Source: Candidatus Woesearchaeota archaeon | Lineage (GTDB): Archaea; Nanobdellota; Nanobdellia; Woesearchaeales; UBA10107 | NCBI GenBank assembly: GCA_016935155.1 | Contig: JAFGRQ010000013.1 | Coordinates: forward strand, 1-40,618 | Reading direction: 5' to 3' | DNA length: 40,618 bases | In this document: positions 24,264 through 32,449 of the stretch, piece after piece | How the letters are laid out: each line of letters starts with the position of its first letter | Numbering within the stretch: position 1 is the stretch's first letter | Translations under genes and position numbers: made by a program | The notes under the pieces: generated by a model | What the model was told of the DNA's origin: nothing | Database searches by the model: none | Seen by the model: the letters and a program-made list of their open reading frames with translations, nothing else

Positions 24264-25664
24264 ATGTCTTTATACGACAAAATACTGGACAATCTGCCAG
24301 AGGTTGTGAAGCCTCAGGAAAAGCTTACTTTCAATAAGAAGCTAATATGGACTTTGCTCATTCTTGTAATATTTTTCGCGCTTCAGCTGATTCCTCTTTA
24401 TGGTCTCGGACAAAATACTTTGCAGACATTCGAACTGCTTTCGATTTTATTCGGTTCTGAGTTTGGTTCTTTGATATCTCTTGGAATCGGTCCATTAGTT
24501 ACTGCGTCTATTGTGCTTCAGCTCTTGAATGGTTCGGGAATTGTTAAATTTAATTTGCAAAGCCCTGAAGGAAAAGCAAAGTTTCATGGAACACAGAAAC
24601 TTCTGTCCATCTTCTTTATTTTATTTGAAGCTGCGATTTACGTCTTTTTCGGCGGACTCGCTCCGGCTCCGGAATTGGCTGGTACTTCAGCTTATTTAAT
24701 TCTGCAGATTGTTCTAATTGCCCAGATTTTCCTTGGAGGAATAGTAATTATGATGATGGATGATGTTGTTATGAAATGGGGATTTGGTTCTGGAATTTCT
24801 TTGTTTATCGCTGCAGGAGTTTCAAAAAGCGTATTTGTCAGAGCTCTTTCTTGGCTTCCATCTCCCAACAATCCCGAAATTTCTACGGGAGCTCTTCCTG
24901 CATTATTCCAAAGTTTAACTGCAGGAGATCCTACAACCGCCATGCTCATGTTTTCAGCAATAGTTGCAACAATTGTTGTCTTCTGCGTTGCTGTTTATAC
25001 GCAGGCAATGAAAGTTGAACTTCCTTTAAGTTTCGGAAGAGTAAGGGGATATGGAATAAGGTGGCCTCTGAATTTCATGTACACTTCGAATATTCCTGTT
25101 ATTTTAGTTGCGGCGTTGTTTGCAAACATCCAGTTATTTGCAAGACTGCTTCAAAACATCGGATTCCCTATTCTTGGAACGTTTGTTGGAAATACTCCCG
25201 CTACCGGCTTGATTTCAATGATTAGCGGACAGAATATTGTCGGCTCCATCATAAGACAGGGTTCGTTCTTGATAGGTTGGAAGCCGTATCTTTCTGCATT
25301 GGTTTATGTCTTATTGATGATGATTGGTGTAGTCATATTTGCATTATTGTGGGTTCAAACAAGCGGAACAGACGCAAGAAGCCAGGCAAAACAAATAATA
25401 AATTCAGGACTCCAAATTCCTGGTTTCAGAAAAGATGAAAGAATTCTCGAAGCAATACTAAAGAGATATATTACGCCGCTCACAGTCATGGGTGCTTTAG
25501 CCGTTGGATTTTTAGCTGCTCTTGCTGACTTAGCCGGAGCCCTAACAAATGGAACTGGACTGTTGTTGACAGTCGGTATAATTTACAAAATGTATGAAGA
25601 CATTGCAAGACAGCACATGATGGATATGAATCCTGCAATGAGAAAATTCATGGGTGGAGAATAA
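24264..25664 (+). CDS. secY: preprotein translocase subunit SecY
   Basis: Ten-TM profile, GIGPLVTASIVLQLL plug/TM2 region, and canonical position after rpl15. Confidence 0.95.
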   Translation: MSLYDKILDNLPEVVKPQEKLTFNKKLIWTLLILVIFFALQLIPLYGLGQNTLQTFELLSILFGSEFGSLISLGIGPLVTASIVLQLLNGSGIVKFNLQSPEGKAKFHGTQKLLSIFFILFEAAIYVFFGGLAPAPELAGTSAYLILQIVLIAQIFLGGIVIMMMDDVVMKWGFGSGISLFIAAGVSKSVFVRALSWLPSPNNPEISTGALPALFQSLTAGDPTTAMLMFSAIVATIVVFCVAVYTQAMKVELPLSFGRVRGYGIRWPLNFMYTSNIPVILVAALFANIQLFARLLQNIGFPILGTFVGNTPATGLISMISGQNIVGSIIRQGSFLIGWKPYLSALVYVLLMMIGVVIFALLWVQTSGTDARSQAKQIINSGLQIPGFRKDERILEAILKRYITPLTVMGALAVGFLAALADLAGALTNGTGLLLTVGIIYKMYEDIARQHMMDMNPAMRKFMGGE

Positions 25665-25666
25665 AA

Positions 25667-26410
25667 ATGGGTTTTGGAGATTCGTTGCTGAATAAATTAC
25701 TGCCCTTGATTGATTCTGTTGGTATTTTTTGGTTTGTTGTTATAGTTTCTTTTGCCGTTTCTCTGCTTACTGTTGTAATTTACAAGTTTGCAACAAATCA
25801 AATGATGATGAAAAGTTTGCGAGAAGAACTTAAAAAAATGCAGGCGGAAATCAAGAAGCATTCCGGCAATCCTCAGAAAATGATGCAGTTGAACAAAGAA
25901 ATGATGAGCAAGAACATGAAATTGATGTCTCATTCGATGAAACCGACAATCATCACGATGATTCCGCTCTTGATATTGTTTGTTTGGTTGAACACCACAT
26001 TAACTTATGCTCCACTCACGGAAGATGTTCAATTTATCGTAACGGTTAATTTCGATGATTATGTTGGAAATGCTGAACTGCTTGTTCCAAAAGGAATGAC
26101 GATTGTTGATGATGCTATGAAAGAAATTCAATCAAAAGTTGACTGGAGATTATCTGGAAAACCAGGAGAATATTTACTAGAATGGAAAGTAGGAGATAAA
26201 AGCTACACAAAAGATGTTGTTATTGCGAATGGACAAAAATATGCTGAAAAAACAAAGAACATCAATGATGGTGTTGTTAAATCAATCGACATTAATTACA
26301 AAAAGAATGTTGTTCTTCCGTTCTGGCCTTATTGGGGTTGGTTGGGAACTTACATCTTGTTTTCATTGGTATTTTCAATCTTTTTGAGAAAGCTTCTAAA
26401 AGTTTATTAA
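25667..26410 (+). CDS. archaeal YidC/Oxa1-like insertase (DUF106/EMC3 family) with a ~120-aa inserted beta-rich domain
   Basis: TM1, then a basic coiled coil MKSLREELKKMQAEIKKHSGNPQKMMQLNKEMMSKNMKLMSHSMKP, then TM2. A hydrophilic domain follows (aa ~110-215), then a C-terminal TM. Confidence 0.7.
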   Translation: MGFGDSLLNKLLPLIDSVGIFWFVVIVSFAVSLLTVVIYKFATNQMMMKSLREELKKMQAEIKKHSGNPQKMMQLNKEMMSKNMKLMSHSMKPTIITMIPLLILFVWLNTTLTYAPLTEDVQFIVTVNFDDYVGNAELLVPKGMTIVDDAMKEIQSKVDWRLSGKPGEYLLEWKVGDKSYTKDVVIANGQKYAEKTKNINDGVVKSIDINYKKNVVLPFWPYWGWLGTYILFSLVFSIFLRKLLKVY

Positions 26411-26779
26411 ATCATTAAATGAAAGTCCTTTTCTTTGGGCAATCTCTCCCGTGATTGAGTAATTCAATTCTGTTTCATTGATGTCTTCTGGATTGAGAAA
26501 GAACCACTCATCGAACTTTACTGCAATCCAAGGTTCTGCTCCGAACATTGTTGAGAACTGTTTAAGTTCATCGATTTCTTTTTTTGTCAGATGTTGGTAC
26601 TCTTTTCCTGAAATTTTGACTTCTATAGCCAATTTTCTTATGTTATTACCAACAATCAAGTCAGGACAGGGGTATTTTGTGCTTCCGGAACCTGCTGCCC
26701 TGAAACAGGCGAAATTTGCCTTCCAGAACATATGAACCAGTTCTCTTTCGGCATTTGTTCCTTTCGCTTTTGTGTTCAT
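26396..26779 (-). CDS. hjc: Holliday junction resolvase Hjc
   Basis: KGTNAERELVHMFWKANFACFRAAGSG..PDLIVGNNIRKLAIEVK (E, D, ExK nuclease core). Its 3' end overlaps the convergent insertase gene by 15 nt. Confidence 0.88.
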   Translation of the reverse strand: MNTKAKGTNAERELVHMFWKANFACFRAAGSGSTKYPCPDLIVGNNIRKLAIEVKISGKEYQHLTKKEIDELKQFSTMFGAEPWIAVKFDEWFFLNPEDINETELNYSITGEIAQRKGLSFNDLINF

Positions 26780-26819
26780 AACTGATTAGAAAGATGATTT
26801 AGTTTAAAAGGATTTGTCG

Positions 26820-26845
26820 GAGTTGTCTTGTGCTGCCTAGTAAAA
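26820..26845 (-). promoter_or_regulatory. weaker copy C of the 26-nt motif
   Basis: gagttgtcttgtgctgcctagtaaaa: 14 of the first 16 nt and 17/26 overall match copy B. It lies just upstream of the hjc TATA-like ttttaaac. Confidence 0.3.
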
Positions 26846-26876
26846 ACGAAGAGAAGCCCCACAAGGCAAAGAAAAT

Positions 26877-27023
26877 TCATCTAATCTTGAAATCCCCTAA
26901 AGAACTTTGCCCAGATTCAATCATTTTTTTGGCCTGAAGGTAAGTTACGTTCTTTTTCAGAACTATTTCCATTATTTTTTCATCCAAAATTTTTCTAGAA
27001 TCGTCCTGTTTGTGGAATATCAT
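26877..27023 (-). CDS. 48-aa hypothetical protein (below the track cut-off)
   Basis: Translates MIFHKQDDSRKILDEKIMEIVLKKNVTYLQAKKMIESGQSSLGDFKIR. The TATA tttatataaaa (27044-27054) lies 21 nt upstream of ATG 27023. Confidence 0.35.
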   Translation of the reverse strand: MIFHKQDDSRKILDEKIMEIVLKKNVTYLQAKKMIESGQSSLGDFKIR

Positions 27024-27194
27024 GGGTGTTTTGAAATAAGCAGTTTATATAAAATGTTGTTGTCATTATAAAAGTGAAAAATCTGTTTGAAAAAAATTAG
27101 AGAAATTTTGAGAGGTTTAAAAAAATTATAATCATCATTTAACAATGATGAAAGGCATATTGAAAATAATTTGCCGTGTATTTTTTACGAGGCA

Positions 27195-27233
27195 AAATAA
27201 AAAAACTGCAAAAAAACTGCAAAAATTTAAAAA
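27195..27233 (-). terminator. oligo-T terminator region downstream of rnz
   Basis: The minus strand reads ttttaaatttttgcagtttttttgcagtttttttatt. It has T5, T7 and T7 runs and a direct repeat tgcagttttttt x2, starting right after the rnz stop. Confidence 0.5.
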
Positions 27234-28133
27234 TCACAATTCAATCTTCATTAAGTCATAAGCTGCCTTTGTATTTGGAAAGATTGTCCGGGCTTCATCG
27301 ACTAATTCCGTTATGTCTTTGTATCTCTGAGAGAAGTGAGACAGTATCAACTGCTTGACGCCTGCCTGAGAAGCTAGCTGTGCCGCATCTTTTGCAGACA
27401 TGTGCTTGTAATCTTCGGCTTTGTCCTGGTGTTTGCTTTCATATGTTGATTCAGAGAACAGCAAATCAGCATTTTTTGCCAGGGCAATTGCATTTTTTGT
27501 GTAAGAGGTATCTGTAACATAGGCTATCTTCTTTCCTTTAACCAGATAAGTTGCTTCCTTGAACTTTATTTTCTTCCCTTCAAACAAAACGTCCTTTCCC
27601 TGCCTTAACCTTTCCAAATGCGGACCATCTTTTATCTTGTTTTTTTTTAAAAACCCAATATCAACATTTCTCCTGTCTTTCTCAATAAAAGCAAATCCCA
27701 AACAAGGAATAGTATGATCCAGTGAAACACACTGCAATTCGTAATCTTCTGTTTCAAAGAAAGTTTCGACGCCCTCTGGCTTCAGTTCATGAACATTTAT
27801 TTCAATTTTGGCATCAAAATAACACATCTTTGTTACATATTTCAAATATTCCTTTGAACCTGCCGGACCGTATATTTCCACTTTTGCATTTTTGTCTTCA
27901 TGACCGACTGTCTGCAGCAAACCGATGAGCCCGGCAACATGGTCGCCATGCCAATGTGAAATTAATATCTTTCTTGCCTTGTTTCTTTTGAGCCCGGCAA
28001 TTGCCATCTGCCTCTGTGTTCCTTCTGCGCAGTCAAACAATATCCCTTCCCCCTTGTAGCTAAGAAAAATGCTCGAAGGGTTCCTTTCTTTTGTCGGAAC
28101 CATTGATGAAGTTCCCAAAATAATTATTTCCAT
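27234..28133 (-). CDS. rnz: ribonuclease Z (tRNA 3' endonuclease, metallo-beta-lactamase)
   Basis: HxHxDH motif ISHWHGDHVAGL. ~300 aa short-form RNase Z, with C-terminal LILSHFSQRY. Confidence 0.88.
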   Translation of the reverse strand: MEIIILGTSSMVPTKERNPSSIFLSYKGEGILFDCAEGTQRQMAIAGLKRNKARKILISHWHGDHVAGLIGLLQTVGHEDKNAKVEIYGPAGSKEYLKYVTKMCYFDAKIEINVHELKPEGVETFFETEDYELQCVSLDHTIPCLGFAFIEKDRRNVDIGFLKKNKIKDGPHLERLRQGKDVLFEGKKIKFKEATYLVKGKKIAYVTDTSYTKNAIALAKNADLLFSESTYESKHQDKAEDYKHMSAKDAAQLASQAGVKQLILSHFSQRYKDITELVDEARTIFPNTKAAYDLMKIEL

Positions 28134-28207
28134 AAGAGCAACAACAAAAACATAGCTATTTAATAATATTTATTTACTATATTGAAAGAAAAATAACAAT
28201 AAATACG

Positions 28208-28215
28208 TTTAAATA
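28208..28215 (+). promoter_or_regulatory. TATA box of endA
   Basis: tttaaata lies 23 nt upstream of ATG 28238. Confidence 0.5.
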
Positions 28216-28237
28216 AGTGCCGAAACAAGGTTCAATT

Positions 28238-28762
28238 ATGATTGGAATGATTAAGGCAAAGCTTGGCGAAGGAAGTGTTGTTACAGAGTCTTCGAATGAA
28301 GCAAGAGAACTGTTCAACAAAGGAAGATTTGGAGCGATTAAAAAATCCCGCGTAGTTTTATCTCTGTTTGAGGCCCTTTTCTTGATTGAAAAAGGAAAAC
28401 TTGATGTGTTTTTGGGGAAAAAATCGCTAAGTGAAGATTCTTTTGCGACGAGAGCGAATAAAAAAATAAAACACTTTATTACAAAATACGTCGTTTTCAG
28501 AGACTTGAGGGACAGAGGATACATTGTAAAGACGGCTCTTAAGTTTGGGGCCGATTTCAGAGTTTATGATAAAGGAATCAACCCGGGAGATGACCATGCA
28601 AAATGGATTGTTTTTCCCGTTCACGAATCTGAACATCTTACGTGGCATGAATTTGCATCAAAAAACAGGGTTGCACATTCAACAAAGAAAAGGCTGCTCA
28701 TCGGCATAGTTGATGATGAAGAAGACGTCACATATTATGAAATTGCTTGGAAGAGGCCATGA
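28238..28762 (+). CDS. endA: tRNA-splicing (BHB) endonuclease EndA, short homotetramer-type length
   Basis: LSLFEALFLIEKGKLDV N-domain. Catalytic domain YVVFRDLRDRGYIVKTALKFGADFRVY..HAKWIVFPV..STKKRLLIG (Y/H/K triad context). The track start 28217 is GTG. Confidence 0.88.
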   Translation: MIGMIKAKLGEGSVVTESSNEARELFNKGRFGAIKKSRVVLSLFEALFLIEKGKLDVFLGKKSLSEDSFATRANKKIKHFITKYVVFRDLRDRGYIVKTALKFGADFRVYDKGINPGDDHAKWIVFPVHESEHLTWHEFASKNRVAHSTKKRLLIGIVDDEEDVTYYEIAWKRP

Positions 28763-29835
28763 TGTTTGACGAAAAGTCGAGACAGACAACAAACACAGTT
28801 CTCAGTATAAAAGAAAAGGCTGTCGAGATAGTCAGGGGCAGAGGACCACTTCTTCCGGTTCAAATCACAAAAGAACTCGGGATAAACATTATGTTTGCCA
28901 GTGCTCTTCTTTCTGAATTAGTTGATAATGGAACAATTAAAATATCTCACACAAAAATTGGAGGAAGTCCCGTTTATTTTGTTAGCGGACAGGAGGGAAA
29001 ACTCCAGGCGCTTAGAGATAAATTAAACGACAAGCAGCAAAAAGCATTTGACATGCTTAAGCAGTCTAAAATTTTGAGAGACTCTGAGATAGATCCGGTA
29101 ATCAGAGTTGCTCTTAGAGATATAAAAGATTTTGCTCATCCATTGCGGGTCACATCCGGCTCTTTGCAAGAAATTTTTTGGAAATGGTACTTAATTCCAG
29201 ATTCAGAAGCAGAACCGATTGTGAAAGAAAAAATGAGTGCACTCGAAAAATGTGAACAGAAAGAAAAACCCAAGGCTGTTGATGACGAACTCGGACAGAT
29301 TGAAAGCGAACTGAAAAAACTGGAAGAAAAAAGGAAGGCTCTTCTTCCTATTGAGCAAAAAATCAAACAAGAAATAATCACCGAAACAATGGCTGAAACT
29401 AAAGAGGAAAAATCTGTTGAACGTCCTAAAGATGTAAAAGAAAAACCCGCAAAATCAAGAAAAAGTTCTGTGAAAGATGAAATTCAAACTAGAATAATTC
29501 CGTCTCCTTTGCAGATAGATGAATCTGACTCTTTTATGAAAACCGTTCTCGATTATTTCAAACAAAACAATATTGAGGCAACCGAGATGAAGCAGATAAG
29601 GAAGGAAAGCGACTTCGAAGGCGTTGTAAAAATTCCTTCATCGGTGGGAATTATGAACTATGCTTTGAGGGCAAAGAACAAGAAAAAGATTACAGATTCC
29701 GATTTGAGCCTTTTATTTGTGCATTCCCAGATGAAAAAGATGCCGATTTTACTCATCACAACGGGCGGCCTGACGAAAAAGGCCCAGGAACTGCTCAACA
29801 AAGAGTTTAAAAACATAACAATCAAACAGATATAG
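28759..29835 (+). CDS. winged-helix + coiled-coil + degenerate Mrr-like (REase-fold) C-terminal domain protein, function unknown
   Basis: wH-like GPLLPVQITKELGINIMFASALLSELVDNGTIKISHTKIGGSPVYF. K/E coiled coil (aa ~165-240). C-terminus FEGVVKIPSSVG..YALRAKNKKKITDSDLS..PILLITTGGLTKKAQELL resembles Mrr_cat but lacks a clear ExK. ATG 28759 overlaps the endA TGA (ATGA). Confidence 0.6.
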   Translation: MMFDEKSRQTTNTVLSIKEKAVEIVRGRGPLLPVQITKELGINIMFASALLSELVDNGTIKISHTKIGGSPVYFVSGQEGKLQALRDKLNDKQQKAFDMLKQSKILRDSEIDPVIRVALRDIKDFAHPLRVTSGSLQEIFWKWYLIPDSEAEPIVKEKMSALEKCEQKEKPKAVDDELGQIESELKKLEEKRKALLPIEQKIKQEIITETMAETKEEKSVERPKDVKEKPAKSRKSSVKDEIQTRIIPSPLQIDESDSFMKTVLDYFKQNNIEATEMKQIRKESDFEGVVKIPSSVGIMNYALRAKNKKKITDSDLSLLFVHSQMKKMPILLITTGGLTKKAQELLNKEFKNITIKQI

Positions 29836-29851
29836 GAAACTGGGGGTTACC

Positions 29852-30448
29852 ATGAAAAAAGGAATGATATTGCTTATTGCGGCTTTGGTAGTGCTTGTTG
29901 CATGTTCCAGCGCTAAAACAATTTATCCGACACAGACAGAGGAATCAACAAACGGCAGAGCTCCTGTTGAAGCAAGAGTTCAATATTCGGGAACAGACTA
30001 TGAGAAAATTCTTCAAGATACAAAGACAGAAACTGAAGCGAAGAATGACAAAACTCAGGAACTGAATGTTCCAATGAATTTCAAAAAAGGAAATCCTGGT
30101 GAAACTGTTGTTTTTGGATTTAATCTCAATTCAATAAATCAACGAGAGGGAACTTATTTCTACAAAGTGACGTTCATAAAGGCAACGGATACAACGAGCA
30201 ACCCAATTGAAGTTGATAAGAATATTGTCACAAACTGGCTTGCTGAATCTGTTGGAAGCGAAACTGTCCTGGAAAAAGGAGGCAGCTTATATTTCCCAGT
30301 AATCTTTACAATTGGAAAAGAGGTAAAATCGGGGGTGCCTACTGTTTCTGGCCAGTATACGTTTGAAGTACAAATATACAAGAGAGACGGCTCATTTGAA
30401 GACAAGATTGATAACCTTGTGAAAACAATATACTTGAGGGTTGAGTAA
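29852..30448 (+). CDS. secreted lipobox protein, beta-rich, function unknown
   Basis: Signal MKKGMILLIAALVVLVAC|SS (L-V-A-C lipobox-like); no other Cys. Confidence 0.65.
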   Translation: MKKGMILLIAALVVLVACSSAKTIYPTQTEESTNGRAPVEARVQYSGTDYEKILQDTKTETEAKNDKTQELNVPMNFKKGNPGETVVFGFNLNSINQREGTYFYKVTFIKATDTTSNPIEVDKNIVTNWLAESVGSETVLEKGGSLYFPVIFTIGKEVKSGVPTVSGQYTFEVQIYKRDGSFEDKIDNLVKTIYLRVE

Positions 30449-30481
30449 GAAATATAACGAAAATTCGCATGAATTTTCAGG

Positions 30482-30525
30482 ATATAAATTTCGGACGAAC
30501 TGAATTTGAAACCCGAAATTTATAT
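30482..30525. promoter_or_regulatory. 13-bp perfect inverted repeat embedding the fen1 TATA box
   Basis: atataaatttcgg (30482-30494) pairs with ccgaaatttatat (30513-30525) across an 18-nt spacer. The right arm contains tttatata (30519-30526), 25 nt upstream of ATG 30551. Confidence 0.45.
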
Positions 30526-30550
30526 AAACCCTCTTTTTTCTTTTCTTATA

Positions 30551-31585
30551 ATGGGAACCAATCTTAAAGATGTAGTAAAAGGAAAGGAACTTGAATTTTC
30601 TGAGCTTGAAGGAAAGAAACTTGTTGTTGACTCCATGAATGTTATTTATCAGTTTTTGAGCTCCATTAGGCAGCAGGATGGCTCTCTTCTTACTGATTCG
30701 AAAGGAAGACCCACATCACATCTGGTTGGTTTATTCAGCAGAATGATTAAACTCAAAAAAATTGGCGTACTTCTTGCTTTTGTTTTTGATGGAAAAAAAC
30801 CGGAGCTGAAAAAAAAAGAAGTTGAAAGAAGAGTTGAATTAAAAAAACAAGCTCAAGCAGAATATGAAATTGCGAAAGAAAGGGAAGATGTTGCTGCGAT
30901 GAGAAAATACGCTGCAAGAACGTCTCTGCTCACAAAAGAGATGATTGAAGAAAGCAAGGAACTTCTTGATGCACTTGGATTTCCAATAATCCAGGCACCG
31001 AGCGAAGGAGAGGCGCAGGCCGCATTCATGGTTAAACAAGGAGAATTTTATGCTGAAGTAAGCCAAGACTATGATTGCTTAATGTTTGGTGTTCCCAGAT
31101 TAATTCAAAATCTAACCTTGAGCGAGCGAAAGAAAAGCAAGAACAAACTAAGCTATGAAAAAATAAAACCGATTCTTGTTGATTTGAAGGAAACTCTTTC
31201 CGCAAACAAATTGACACAAGACCAATTGATTGTATTGGGAATTTTGGTTGGAACGGATTTCAATATTGGCGGAATAAAAGGAATTGGACCTCAAAAAGGA
31301 CTAAAACTTGTTGAAAAATACGGAAATGACTTTGATTCATTGTTTAAGGAAGCAAAATGGGAGGAAAATTTTGATTTTTCATGGAAAGATGTTTTTGATA
31401 CGATAAAAAACATGCCCGTGACAAAAGATTACGAGCTAAAATGGAAGAAAATTGACAGAGACAGAGTAATTAAAATTCTTGTTGAAGAACACGAATTCAG
31501 CAGGGAAAGAGTCGAAAGAAACATTGATGAGATGGAAGACTTGGAAACAAAGGGAAAACAAAAAGGATTGGGTGATTTCTTTTGA
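30551..31585 (+). CDS. fen: flap endonuclease FEN-1
   Basis: MGTNLKDVV..GKKLVVDSMNVIYQFLSSIRQQDGSLLTDSKGRPTSHLVGLF..FVFDGKKPELK..PSEGEAQAA..LVGTDFN. The track start 30506 (TTG) lies upstream of the TATA. Confidence 0.92.
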   Translation: MGTNLKDVVKGKELEFSELEGKKLVVDSMNVIYQFLSSIRQQDGSLLTDSKGRPTSHLVGLFSRMIKLKKIGVLLAFVFDGKKPELKKKEVERRVELKKQAQAEYEIAKEREDVAAMRKYAARTSLLTKEMIEESKELLDALGFPIIQAPSEGEAQAAFMVKQGEFYAEVSQDYDCLMFGVPRLIQNLTLSERKKSKNKLSYEKIKPILVDLKETLSANKLTQDQLIVLGILVGTDFNIGGIKGIGPQKGLKLVEKYGNDFDSLFKEAKWEENFDFSWKDVFDTIKNMPVTKDYELKWKKIDRDRVIKILVEEHEFSRERVERNIDEMEDLETKGKQKGLGDFF

Positions 31586-32409
31586 AATTAAAGGAGATTT
31601 TGAGGGGAAAGCTTACTAGCAGCGAAATTAAGCACGTTCCAAGTTCATTTGAAATAGTTGGAGATATCGCGATTTTTGCAGATTTCCCGAGAGAACTGAG
31701 GAGAAAGGAGAAAATCGTTGCAAAATCTCTCATGAATGTTCACAAAAACATCAAAGTTGTTTGTAAAAAGAGCAGAAAGTATTCTGGAAAATACAGAACC
31801 GCCAAACTATCTATACTTGCCGGAGAGAAAAGAAAAGACACCATGCACAGTGAAAACGGATGTAAATTTCTCCTAGATGCAGAAAAAGTTTATTTCTCAG
31901 CAAGATCTGGAACAGAAAGAGCAAGGATTTCAAACCTTATTAAACCAAATGAAAATGTTCTGGTCATGTTCTCTGGGTGCGGTCCATTTACAGTTCAAGC
32001 TGCAAAAAAAGCCAAAAAAGTTGTCTCGGTCGAAGCAAATCCTGTTGGCCATAAATACGAGATGATTAACATTGAATTAAATAAAATAAAAAATGCATCT
32101 GCTCTTAAAGGAGATGTTAAAAGAATAATTCCGAGATTAAAAGCTAAAAAAATATTTTTTGACAGAATAATTATGCCCCTTCCGAAAGATGCGACATCGT
32201 TCCTAAAAGAAGCTCTCTCTGTTTCTAAAAAAGGAACAAAAATACATCTTTACACTTTTGCAAACAAGGATGAAATCGAGGCGAGAAAAGCAATAATAAC
32301 GGAGATGTGCAAAAAATACAAAAAAAACTGCAGAATTCTTGATGTGATTAAAGCTGGAGAATATGCGCCTTATGTTCACAGGCTGTGTGTTGATTTTATC
32401 ATAATTTAA
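31582..32409 (+). CDS. trm5: Trm5/Taw2-family (Met-10+) tRNA methyltransferase
   Basis: FEIVGDIAIF, the SAM-binding motif VLVMFSGCGPFTVQAA, and DRIIMPLP. The TTG start overlaps the fen stop, and there is no in-frame ATG before the conserved core. Confidence 0.75.
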   Translation: MKLKEILRGKLTSSEIKHVPSSFEIVGDIAIFADFPRELRRKEKIVAKSLMNVHKNIKVVCKKSRKYSGKYRTAKLSILAGEKRKDTMHSENGCKFLLDAEKVYFSARSGTERARISNLIKPNENVLVMFSGCGPFTVQAAKKAKKVVSVEANPVGHKYEMINIELNKIKNASALKGDVKRIIPRLKAKKIFFDRIIMPLPKDATSFLKEALSVSKKGTKIHLYTFANKDEIEARKAIITEMCKKYKKNCRILDVIKAGEYAPYVHRLCVDFIII

Positions 32410-32449
32410 TTCTTAAAGGTTGTGCACGCTCAGCAGTTACTACCGTTCT

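Noticed and set aside
26396-26410. The 15-nt 3'-end overlap of the convergent insertase and hjc genes, considered as a possible mis-call of one stop.
   Set aside because: Both ORFs have well-supported C-terminal sequence (a terminal TM in the insertase, the conserved length of Hjc). Short convergent overlaps are plausible in a compact genome, so both calls are kept.
27132-27151. A hairpin tcatcatt-taac-aatgatga containing AUGAUGA-like words on both strands, considered as a possible C/D-box sRNA.
   Set aside because: There is no CUGA D box at a suitable distance on either strand. It is more simply a spacer hairpin near the rnz terminator.
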